A DNA stretch of 64,000 nucleotides from assembly GCA_902525615.1 (NCBI GenBank), contig CABZHT010000003.1:37906-101905 (forward strand), given 5' to 3'. The notes under the pieces were generated by a model that searched no databases, was not told the origin of the DNA, and worked only from the letters and a program-made list of their open reading frames with translations. The position numbers were made by a program, and so were the translations under genes. This DNA comes from an uncultured Fidelibacterota bacterium. Lineage in GTDB: Bacteria > Fidelibacterota > Marinisomatia > Marinisomatales > Marinisomataceae. Below are positions 50,331 to 58,792 of this stretch, in pieces; the stretch's first letter is position 1, and every line of letters begins with the position of its first letter.

Positions 50331-51010
50331 TCAAAGCTGTAATATTTGATTTAGATAATACACTTTTAGATTTTATCAAAATGAAAAGAGAGGCGGTAAT
50401 GAACGCCCTCTTATCAATGAAAGAAGCCGGTCTCGAAATTGATATTGAAGATTCCTACAAGAAAGTTATGTCCATTTATGAGTCTGAAGGATGGGAGCAT
50501 CAGCAAGTTTTTGATAAGTTTTTAAATGATCAAATCGGCTATGTAGATAATAAATACCTCGCTGCAGCCATTGTAGCCTACAGAAGAGGCAAAGAGGCAA
50601 ATTTAAAAGCATATCCAAACGTTCACCGAACATTGAATCACCTTATGAAATCTGGAATTAGGCTTGCTATTGTATCTGATGCACCCAGTAGAGAAGCATG
50701 GATGAGAATTTATTATCTAAATTTACACCATATGTTTGATGCGGTTGTTACTTTTGACGACTCTAAAGAGAGGAAACCTTCTCCAAAACCATTCAATCTT
50801 GTATTAGAAAAATTAGACTTAAATAAGGAAGAAGTAGTAATGATTGGAGACTGGCCAGAAAGAGACGTGGTTGGGGCAAATAGTTTAGGAATAAAAACGA
50901 TTTTTGCAAGATATGGTGACACTTTTGGAGTAAAAGATTCTGGAGCAAACTGGGATATTGACGATATTTCAGAATTAATAGATATTGTAGAAGCTGAAAA
51001 TGAAAAATAA
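50327..51010 (+). CDS. HAD-superfamily hydrolase (phosphoglycolate phosphatase / PpaX-like)
   Basis: Motif I IFDLDNTL, VSDA, KPSPKPF, GDWPERDV. Confidence 0.7.
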   Translation: MIKAVIFDLDNTLLDFIKMKREAVMNALLSMKEAGLEIDIEDSYKKVMSIYESEGWEHQQVFDKFLNDQIGYVDNKYLAAAIVAYRRGKEANLKAYPNVHRTLNHLMKSGIRLAIVSDAPSREAWMRIYYLNLHHMFDAVVTFDDSKERKPSPKPFNLVLEKLDLNKEEVVMIGDWPERDVVGANSLGIKTIFARYGDTFGVKDSGANWDIDDISELIDIVEAENEK

Positions 51011-51356
51011 TTTGTCTACCGGTATTGATATTGTGTCAGTTAATAGAATTAAAGAAATTTTAATTTCTTCAAAAAGAGAACGATTTTTAAAAAAGATTTT
51101 TTCTTCTAACGAAATCAAAGAAGCAAAGTCAAGACAGAATGAAGCCCAGTTCTTTTCTGGTAGATTTGCAGCAAAGGAAGCTGTAAGAAAAGCTACTTCA
51201 ACACCTGAAAATTCTTCCAAACTAACTTTTAAATCTATTGAGATTTTTAATTATGATAGCGGTAAGCCAGGAGTTGACCTAAAAAACGACTCAGTCGTTG
51301 ATATTTCAATTTCTCATGACGGGAACTATGCTGTAGCTTTTTGCGTAGTGCAATAA
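51000..51356 (+). CDS. acpS: Holo-[acyl-carrier-protein] synthase
   Basis: GIDIVSVNRI, FAAKEAVRKA, ISISHDGNYAVA; 118 aa. Confidence 0.9.
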   Translation: MKNNLSTGIDIVSVNRIKEILISSKRERFLKKIFSSNEIKEAKSRQNEAQFFSGRFAAKEAVRKATSTPENSSKLTFKSIEIFNYDSGKPGVDLKNDSVVDISISHDGNYAVAFCVVQ

Positions 51357-52615
51357 TGGATTATTTTGAAATTAACGGATCAAAAACACTTAACGGTGTT
51401 GTTAAGGTAAGTGGAGCAAAAAATGCTGTACTTCCTATCATGGCTGCAGCCATTTTAAATAAGGGTAAATTAAGAATATCTAATGTTCCCACTCTATCAG
51501 ACTCGATAACTATGTCTAAATTATTAGAAGAAATGGGAGTAAAAGTAAATTTTGAATCTGATAATTCAATTTTTGTTGATTCATCAAACCTTAATACTCC
51601 ATTTGCACCTTACGATTTAGTCAAAACAATGAGAGCATCTTTTTATGTCCTTGGACCATTGCTTGCAAGGTTTGGTAAGGCAAAAGTATCTCTTCCTGGA
51701 GGCTGTGCATGGGGTCCTAGACCTGTAGATTTTCATTTAGAAGGACTTAAGGCATTGGGAGTAAAAATCTCCATTGAAAACGGATATGTTGTTGCTGATG
51801 GAAGTAATTTGACTGGAAATAAAATTCATTTTCCTAAAATATCAGTTGGGGCTACTGGAAATGTTGTTATGGTTGCAATACTTGCTAAAGGCACAACAAC
51901 AATAACAAATGCTGCATCAGAGCCTGAAATTCAACAGTTATGTGAAATGTTAAATAATATGGGGGCAAATATCTCAGGAATCGGATCTAACACCCTTACA
52001 ATTGAGGGAGTCAGCTCTCTAAACTCTATTTCAAGTATTTCTGTTATTCCAGATAGAATTGAAGCAGGAACATTCTTAATTGCTGCTGCTGCTGTTGAAG
52101 GCGAAGTAGAAGTAACAAATATTATACCTGAGCACTTAGATAGCGTGATAAAATGTCTACAAAAAGCCAATATTCAATTAGAAGTAAAAGATAGCTCAAT
52201 AGTTATTATGTCAAATAAGAACAATATATTATCCACAAACATTGAGACCAATGAATACCCAGGTTTTCCAACCGACTTACAAGCTCAATGGATGATGTTA
52301 ATGTGCTTAGCAAAAGGCAATTCGACTATTAAAGAAAATATTTATTACGATAGATTTACGCATATAATGGAATTAAACCGTCTAGGGTGCAATATTAAGC
52401 TTGAAGATTCTGTTGCAATAATTGAAGGAGATAGGAAGTTGATTGGAGCAGATGTAATGTCAACAGATATTCGAGCATCTGCAGCATTAATTATCGCTGC
52501 TTTATGTGCAAAAGGCACTACCAAAATAAGCAGAGTATATCATATTGATAGAGGCTATGATAAAATCGAAAAAAAATTAACCAATATTGGTGCTGAAATT
52601 TTTAGAAAAAAATAA
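51356..52615 (+). CDS. murA: UDP-N-acetylglucosamine 1-carboxyvinyltransferase
   Basis: Start trimmed to MDYFEINGSK (TAATG overlap with acpS); VSGAKNA, LPGGCAWGPRPVDFH (active-site Cys loop), YHIDRGYDKIEKKL. Confidence 0.94.
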   Translation: MDYFEINGSKTLNGVVKVSGAKNAVLPIMAAAILNKGKLRISNVPTLSDSITMSKLLEEMGVKVNFESDNSIFVDSSNLNTPFAPYDLVKTMRASFYVLGPLLARFGKAKVSLPGGCAWGPRPVDFHLEGLKALGVKISIENGYVVADGSNLTGNKIHFPKISVGATGNVVMVAILAKGTTTITNAASEPEIQQLCEMLNNMGANISGIGSNTLTIEGVSSLNSISSISVIPDRIEAGTFLIAAAAVEGEVEVTNIIPEHLDSVIKCLQKANIQLEVKDSSIVIMSNKNNILSTNIETNEYPGFPTDLQAQWMMLMCLAKGNSTIKENIYYDRFTHIMELNRLGCNIKLEDSVAIIEGDRKLIGADVMSTDIRASAALIIAALCAKGTTKISRVYHIDRGYDKIEKKLTNIGAEIFRKK

Positions 52616-52665
52616 CCGAATTTGTATTGTTTTTGAATTAATTCTTTATAGATTTACCTCCAGAC

Positions 52666-54015
52666 ATGAAAATTGTTATTATAGGCGCTGGTGAAGTAGG
52701 GTTTCACGTTGCAAAATCACTAATTGAGTTAGACTACGATATATCAGTAATCGATATTGATCATGCCAAATGTTCAAGAGCAAATGAACATTTAGATGTA
52801 ATTGTAAATCAAGGTAACGGCTCTGATGAAAAGCTCCTAAAAAATATTAATGTTGCCGATGCAGATTATGTATTTTGTTTAACAAATTCAGACGAAACAA
52901 ATCTTATATCTTCATTGCAGTGTCATAATCTTGGAGCTAAGAAAATAATAGCTCGATTAAGAGATTTAGACTACTCTAGAAATGGAAACGCCATCCCTCC
53001 AGAAAAATTTGGGGTAGATATGGTAATTCATCCTGAGAAAGAGGTTGCAAAAGAAATAATTAGACTAGTTAAGCATCCTTACGCAGATAAGTTTTATGAA
53101 TTTGAGGGCGGAAAAGCTGTTTTATTTTCAAAAAAAATAAATCATAGATCAAAGCTTGCTGGTATGACCGTTGAAGAATTTCACAAATCTAACGAAGATT
53201 TTAAAAGTTTAATAGTTGCTGTAATTAGAGGAGAGAAAATGACAATCCCCTCAACAACTTTTAAATTTGAACCTGAAGATTATGTCTTCTTTTTTGTTAA
53301 ATCAAAGAATCTTAATTCACTTCTTGAAACGCTTGGGGTAAGAAACTCTGACTCCAAAAGAGTTATGATAGCTGGCGCGAGCAAAATTGGAAGGCTAGTC
53401 TCTTCAATGCTTGAAGATGACATGTCAGTGAGACTGATTGAGAAATCAAAAGAAAAAGCAACACAAATTGCTAATGAGTTAGATAAAACAATAGTTTTGA
53501 ATTCAGATGCTACAGATATTGAATTTTTAAGGGGAGAAAATATTTCAGAAGTTGATTCATTTGTGGCTGTAACAGAGGATCAACAGTTAAATTTATTAGC
53601 TGGAATATTAGCTAAACAATTAAAAGTAAAACAATCAATCATTCATGTAACAAACCCTGACTATGTTAGAAATATGTCTGACCTTGGAATTGGTTCAATT
53701 GTAAGTAAAAATAATGTTAGTGTTAACGCAGGAATTAAATCTATTAGAATTGACCAAAAAGAGCATGTTATTCAGCTTTTTAGTTCATTAGATATGGAAG
53801 CAATTGAACTTGTTGCAGATAAAGATTCTAAAGCTTCAAGATTGCCAGTATCTAATCTAAATCTTCCTCATGGATGTATTTTGGCTTTAGTGAATCACAA
53901 TGGCCATATTAAGATTCCATCTGGAGATTTTCAAATTACAGAAAATGATACTGTCCTAATATTTTGTATTAATTCAAAGATAAGGGAAGTAAGTAAAATC
54001 TTTAAATCTGAATAA
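52666..54015 (+). CDS. trkA: Trk potassium uptake system NAD-binding subunit TrkA (tandem RCK)
   Basis: MKIVIIGAGEVG and a second IAGASKIGRLV Rossmann motif; 449 aa. Confidence 0.88.
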   Translation: MKIVIIGAGEVGFHVAKSLIELDYDISVIDIDHAKCSRANEHLDVIVNQGNGSDEKLLKNINVADADYVFCLTNSDETNLISSLQCHNLGAKKIIARLRDLDYSRNGNAIPPEKFGVDMVIHPEKEVAKEIIRLVKHPYADKFYEFEGGKAVLFSKKINHRSKLAGMTVEEFHKSNEDFKSLIVAVIRGEKMTIPSTTFKFEPEDYVFFFVKSKNLNSLLETLGVRNSDSKRVMIAGASKIGRLVSSMLEDDMSVRLIEKSKEKATQIANELDKTIVLNSDATDIEFLRGENISEVDSFVAVTEDQQLNLLAGILAKQLKVKQSIIHVTNPDYVRNMSDLGIGSIVSKNNVSVNAGIKSIRIDQKEHVIQLFSSLDMEAIELVADKDSKASRLPVSNLNLPHGCILALVNHNGHIKIPSGDFQITENDTVLIFCINSKIREVSKIFKSE

Positions 54016-55439
54016 TGAGTCTTAGGCCAACATTTAGACTTTTATCTATTTTAATTGCAGTGTTATCTGTATTTCTCTTAATTCCTGCTACAATAGAATA
54101 CTTTGATTCTTCAAGCTTATATCTTTTTCAGATATCTGCAATTTCAATTTTTTGCGCTGTGCCAGTGTGGTATTTTTCAAGAAAAGCTAAGTCTTTTTCA
54201 AACAAAGACGTTTTTTTAGTTATTGTTTTATGTTGGATTTCAGCTGCAATTTTTGGTTCAATTCCATTTTATTTATCTGGAGTATTTACTGGATATTCAA
54301 ATGCATTATTTGAGGCTGTTTCAGGCGTTACTACTACCGGCGCTACTATCCTAACTGATATTGAAAGTATGCCAAGAAGTATCCTGCTATGGCGTTCATT
54401 TTTGCAATGGTTTGGTGGTTTAGGAATTGTTATTTTTACAATAGCATTATTACCATTACTTGGAGTATCTGGAGAAAAAATCTTTAATTTAGAATACCCA
54501 GGACCTTCCTCAGAAAAAATAACTCCCAGAATTAAAGATACTGCTAGATTGTTACTAAAATTTTATATTGGATTTACATTAGCGCTATTTCTTTTATTAT
54601 CATACAATATGTCTTTTTTTGATGCAATATGTCATGCAATGACAACAATGCCATCTGGAGGTTTTTCAACATTTAGTGATAGTATAAATGGCCAAAGTGA
54701 TTATGTAAAATCAGTAATTTTACTTTTTATGTTGATCACGGGAACTAATTTTGCACTTCATTTTAGAGCTGTAAATCTAGGTCTTAAATCTTATCAGCGA
54801 GATAGAGAGTTTCAGTATTATATTTTTGCTTGTTTATTTTTCATAGGTTTAATTTTTTCTTTTGGATTCTTTACTGATATGAATACTTCTCCTTTGGATG
54901 TTGCTTTTCAAACTGTTTCAATAATAACAACAACTGGTTATACTTCAACGGACTATAGTAGTTGGACACCTTTTATTTCCCAGTATTTGCTTTACATTTT
55001 GATGTTTACTGGAGCAATGGGCGGTTCAACCAGCGGTGGAATTAAAATCATTAGAATTGTAGCTCTTTATAAATATGTTCGTGTTGAATTAAAAAGAGCT
55101 CTTCACGAAAAAGCTATCATTCCTGTTAGAATCGGTAAGAAGGTTTTGTCAGATGAGCTTATAAGAAAAACGTTAGCATTTTTCTTATTTTATGTGCTGT
55201 TCTTCTTTCTAGCATCTATCGTTTTTGTAATGTTAGGAGATAATTTAGAGTCTTCCATCGGAGCAGCTGCTTCAGCTATGGGTAATATTGGTCCGTCAAT
55301 CGGAGAATATGGAGCTATGGATAATTATGACAGTATGCATATAGTTGGTAAGTATCTTATGATGTTTGGAATGATTTTAGGAAGATTAGAAATCTTTGCA
55401 GTTTTAGTTCTTTTTACTAGAACATTTTGGAGATCATAA
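54015..55439 (+). CDS. trkH: Trk potassium uptake system membrane subunit TrkH
   Basis: Multi-TM protein; selectivity-filter-like segments SGVTTTGAT, TTTGYTS, GGSTSGGIK; 474 aa. Confidence 0.88.
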   Translation: MSLRPTFRLLSILIAVLSVFLLIPATIEYFDSSSLYLFQISAISIFCAVPVWYFSRKAKSFSNKDVFLVIVLCWISAAIFGSIPFYLSGVFTGYSNALFEAVSGVTTTGATILTDIESMPRSILLWRSFLQWFGGLGIVIFTIALLPLLGVSGEKIFNLEYPGPSSEKITPRIKDTARLLLKFYIGFTLALFLLLSYNMSFFDAICHAMTTMPSGGFSTFSDSINGQSDYVKSVILLFMLITGTNFALHFRAVNLGLKSYQRDREFQYYIFACLFFIGLIFSFGFFTDMNTSPLDVAFQTVSIITTTGYTSTDYSSWTPFISQYLLYILMFTGAMGGSTSGGIKIIRIVALYKYVRVELKRALHEKAIIPVRIGKKVLSDELIRKTLAFFLFYVLFFFLASIVFVMLGDNLESSIGAAASAMGNIGPSIGEYGAMDNYDSMHIVGKYLMMFGMILGRLEIFAVLVLFTRTFWRS

Positions 55440-55440
55440 A

Positions 55441-57219
55441 ATTAGTATACAGTCAAAAATTTTAGGCCTTCCTAAACAACCCGGTATTTATCAATTCAAA
55501 GATAAAAATGACAAAACTATTTATATTGGAAAGGCGAAAAACCTAAAAAATAGGGTAAAGTCCTATTTTCAAAAAAAATCTTACAGTACGCCAAAAGAAC
55601 AATCTTTATTGAAAAGAATTGAGGATTTCGAGTGGATTGTTTGTCAAGATGAAGCTGATGCTTTTATTACTGAAGCCACTTTAATAAAGAAGTTTAAACC
55701 TAAATATAATGTTCAATTAAAAGATGATAAGTCATTTCCATATTTAAAAATAACCAATGAACAGTTTCCCAAGGTATTTATTACAAGAAAAATATTTAAT
55801 GATAAATCAAAATACTTTGGACCCTATACGGATGTCAAGTCCATGCGAAAGTTGGTAGATGTTTTATACAAGGCATTTCCAATTAGAAATTGTTATATAG
55901 AGCTTAATGAGATAGATGAAGAAACAAAGCAGCCTATGGTATTAAAAAATGGACTAGGTATAAGGACAATAACAGAAAATGAGTACCAAGACATGGTTAC
56001 TGATATGATTTCTTTCCTGAAAGGTGAAACTAAGACTGTCGAAAACAAACTTTCTAAGCAAATGGATTATTTTACTTCAAAAATGATGTACGAAGATTCT
56101 GCAAGGGTACGGGATCAATTAAAGGCAATTAATTCATTTAAAGTTGGTCAAAGAAAATTAGAGGCAGATTTCTCAAATAGAGATGTAGTTGGTTATCAAA
56201 ATAAGGATAAGCATTTTGTGGTTGTTATCTTAAGAATAAGAGAAGGAAGAATACTCAGTAGAGAAAAGATTTCTTTAGACTCTGATGAATCATTAAATAA
56301 TATTTTAAGATCTGTTGTAATCAATTTTTACATGAATGCAGCTTATATACCTAATAAAATTTATTTTCCTGAACTTCCTGAAGAATCAAAAGAGCTTGAA
56401 TCTTGGTTATCAGAAAAAGCAGGAAGAAAGGTAGTATTTCATGTTCCTCAAAGAGCAGTCAAGCTTCAAGAATTAAAACTTGCTAATAGAAATGCAAAAT
56501 TATTGTTAAATGAATGGTTGTTGAATATTGAAAAGCGCAAAGATTACATTCCAAAATTATTAAATGAATTAAAAGATATCTTAAATCTTAATAAACCACC
56601 AAGACTGATTGAAGCGTTCGATATATCGCATTTAGGAGGTACAGATACTGTAGCTTCTATGGTAGTGTTCAAAGATGGCAAACCACTTAAGAGCGCCTAT
56701 AGAAAATATAATATTAATGTTGATAAAGTGGATGATTTTGAATCAATGCGAGAAGTAGTTTTTAGGCGATATAATCGTCAATTAAAAGAAAAAAATACGT
56801 TACCTGATCTTGTATTGATTGATGGTGGAAAAGGACAATTATCTGCTGCTTTGGAATCACTTAAAGAATTAAAACTTGATTTACCAATAGTAGCACTCGC
56901 TAAACGTTTAGAAGAGTTATTTTTACCATCAGAAAAAGATTCTCTGCGCATTGCTAAAAATTCACCTGCCTTAAATGTTTTAAAGCAGTTAAGAGATGAA
57001 GCACATAGGTTTGCTATCACATTTCAAAGGCAAAAAAGAACTAAAGGAATTGCTAAATCAAAATTTGAAGATATTGCTGGTGTTGGAAAGAAAACCGTTG
57101 AAAAAATATATAAGCGATTTCAAAATACTAGTGATATGAAAGATTTGTCAGATAAAGCATTATCTTACAAACTTGGCGTTAGACAAAAGATTGCAAAAGA
57201 GATCAAACAAATAATTTAA
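55441..57219 (+). CDS. uvrC: Excinuclease ABC subunit C, probable non-canonical ATT start
   Basis: The ORF-track start (TTG 55609) lies inside the GIY-YIG domain. The in-frame upstream codons read [43 protein letters not shown]. There is no ATG/GTG/TTG after the in-frame TAG at 55405-55407. ATT at 55441 lies 8 nt after GGAG. C-terminal HhH domain present; 592 aa. Confidence 0.87.
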   Translation: MSIQSKILGLPKQPGIYQFKDKNDKTIYIGKAKNLKNRVKSYFQKKSYSTPKEQSLLKRIEDFEWIVCQDEADAFITEATLIKKFKPKYNVQLKDDKSFPYLKITNEQFPKVFITRKIFNDKSKYFGPYTDVKSMRKLVDVLYKAFPIRNCYIELNEIDEETKQPMVLKNGLGIRTITENEYQDMVTDMISFLKGETKTVENKLSKQMDYFTSKMMYEDSARVRDQLKAINSFKVGQRKLEADFSNRDVVGYQNKDKHFVVVILRIREGRILSREKISLDSDESLNNILRSVVINFYMNAAYIPNKIYFPELPEESKELESWLSEKAGRKVVFHVPQRAVKLQELKLANRNAKLLLNEWLLNIEKRKDYIPKLLNELKDILNLNKPPRLIEAFDISHLGGTDTVASMVVFKDGKPLKSAYRKYNINVDKVDDFESMREVVFRRYNRQLKEKNTLPDLVLIDGGKGQLSAALESLKELKLDLPIVALAKRLEELFLPSEKDSLRIAKNSPALNVLKQLRDEAHRFAITFQRQKRTKGIAKSKFEDIAGVGKKTVEKIYKRFQNTSDMKDLSDKALSYKLGVRQKIAKEIKQII

Positions 57220-58172
57220 AAAAGATCATTTTCTTTCATCCAATCGTCTGAAAGAAACTTTCTCATGTAATTTCTTATACTATCAGGAAGTATTACTAGG
57301 CAATTTTGCCCTTTTTTGAGTGATTTTGCTGCTTTTAAGGCTGCAAACATAGCTGAGCCACATGAACCCCCAATTAATAATCCTTCTTCGCGAATAAGAG
57401 CTCTTGCAGTATTGAATGCTTCTTTGTCATTGACTTTGACAAAATCATCTATATAATCATGTTCACAAGTTTTAGGTATAAAATCATATCCAATTCCTTC
57501 AACTTTATACGGCTGTCCTTTATATTCATCTTCACCGCCAAGAATTGAGCCATAAGGATCAGCTCCAATAATTTTTATATCTGCAATTTCTTCTTTTAAT
57601 CTTTTTCCAACTCCAGTAGCAGTTCCACCAGTACCAACACCCATAACTACCATATGTAAATCTGTTCCGAAGTCATTTAAAATTTCTTGAGCAGTATCAT
57701 AGTAATGCGCATCAGGGTTACAACAATTAGTCCATTGATCTAGTATGTAACTGTTTGGAATCTCTTCATTTAATTTTTTTGCAACTCCAAAATTACTTTT
57801 TGGATCATCATGAGCTGCCTCAGTGGGAGTACGTACTATTTTAGCACCAAGGGCATTAATAGTAAGTTCTTTTTCCATACTCATTTTTTCAGGCATGCAA
57901 ATAATCAATTTATATCCTCTAACTGCTGCTGCTAAAGCAAGTCCAATTCCAGTATTACCAGATGTTGCTTCAATTAGTGTATCTCCTGGCTTAATACGAC
58001 CTTCTTTTTCAGCATGATCAATCATTCTAAAGGCAGTTCTGTCTTTTACAGATCCTCCAGGATTAACCATTTCTATTTTTGCGTAAAGATTGCATTCAAG
58101 TTCTTTGCCAATAGAATTTAATTTTACGACAGGAGTAGATCCGATTGTTTCAAGAATGTCATTATATATCAT
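57216..58172 (-). CDS. Cystathionine beta-synthase-like PLP enzyme (CysK/CBS fold-type II family), catalytic core only
   Basis: NPGGSVKDR (PLP lysine), [26 protein letters not shown] and C-terminus [19 protein letters not shown]. From memory this matches the CBS-type tail (human ILPDSVRNYMTKFLSDRWM) rather than the CysK tail. 318 aa; no heme or Bateman domains. Confidence 0.8.
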   Translation of the reverse strand: MIYNDILETIGSTPVVKLNSIGKELECNLYAKIEMVNPGGSVKDRTAFRMIDHAEKEGRIKPGDTLIEATSGNTGIGLALAAAVRGYKLIICMPEKMSMEKELTINALGAKIVRTPTEAAHDDPKSNFGVAKKLNEEIPNSYILDQWTNCCNPDAHYYDTAQEILNDFGTDLHMVVMGVGTGGTATGVGKRLKEEIADIKIIGADPYGSILGGEDEYKGQPYKVEGIGYDFIPKTCEHDYIDDFVKVNDKEAFNTARALIREEGLLIGGSCGSAMFAALKAAKSLKKGQNCLVILPDSIRNYMRKFLSDDWMKENDLF

Positions 58173-58183
58173 GCATAGATATT

Positions 58184-58217
58184 AAAAAAAAAGGGGCGAA
58201 AAGCCCCCCTTTTTTTT
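58184..58217 (-). terminator. Intrinsic (rho-independent) terminator after hsp20, symmetric A-run/T-run so potentially bidirectional
   Basis: A9-GGGGC-GAAAA-GCCCC(CC)-T8 on the + strand. All-GC stem in AT-rich DNA, 14 nt past the hsp20 stop. It is the only clear hairpin plus U-tract I saw in the window. Confidence 0.8.
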
Positions 58218-58230
58218 CAATCGGAAAGAA

Positions 58231-58641
58231 TTATTTTACAGAAATTTTTCTTCCGAGTGATGATTTTGCTTTTGGTAGCAGAACTTTTAATACTCCATTA
58301 GTAATTTTTGCAGATATTTTATCTGTTTCAACATTGCTTGGAACACTAAAAGTTCTTTCCATTTTACCATATTCATACGAATCATATTCATCAGACTTTC
58401 TTTGTCCTGAAATTTTTAAACGATTGCTATCGAATGTTACTTCAATATCGTCTTTGGACATTCCAGGAATATCCATAGTCAAATAATATTCTTTTTCATT
58501 TTCATTGTAATAATTTGAAACATTATTCGTATTCACCAATGAAAAACGTGGATCATATGATAAGTCATTGAAAAATTGATCAATAATATTATCAAATGTA
58601 TCTATTTCATTGTTTAATGGTTTCCATTTTATTAAACTCAT
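58231..58641 (-). CDS. Small heat-shock protein (Hsp20 / alpha-crystallin family)
   Basis: Alpha-crystallin domain: YYLTMDIPGMSKDDIEVTFDSNRLKISGQRK...ERTFSVPSNVETDKISAKITNGVLKVLLPK; 136 aa. Confidence 0.92.
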   Translation of the reverse strand: MSLIKWKPLNNEIDTFDNIIDQFFNDLSYDPRFSLVNTNNVSNYYNENEKEYYLTMDIPGMSKDDIEVTFDSNRLKISGQRKSDEYDSYEYGKMERTFSVPSNVETDKISAKITNGVLKVLLPKAKSSLGRKISVK

Positions 58642-58682
58642 TTTATTCTCCGTTCAATAGTTAATATTTACAGTATTATAGT

Positions 58683-58698
58683 TGCAAACGGAGTGCCA
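58683..58698 (-). promoter_or_regulatory. Sigma54 (RpoN) -24/-12 promoter element upstream of hsp20
   Basis: The minus strand reads TGGCAC-TCCGT-TTGCA, an exact match to the TGGCAC-N5-TTGCA consensus. It has the correct orientation, and the predicted TSS near 58672 lies about 31 nt before the hsp20 ATG. Confidence 0.6.
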
Positions 58699-58792
58699 AT
58701 TAGAAAGGATATGCAAGTTTGGCATAAATAAATTTTAAGCATTGCCATTTTTTCAAATTGTAGTAAAATTGTATGAATTTTTGACATAAAAA

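Noticed and set aside
58675-58680. Perfect TATAAT on the minus strand just downstream of the sigma54 -12 box, as an alternative sigma70 promoter for hsp20
   Set aside because: No acceptable -35 element at 16-18 nt (CTAATT, TAATTG, TCTAAT) and no TG extension. It cannot be fully excluded, but the complete sigma54 consensus explains the region better.
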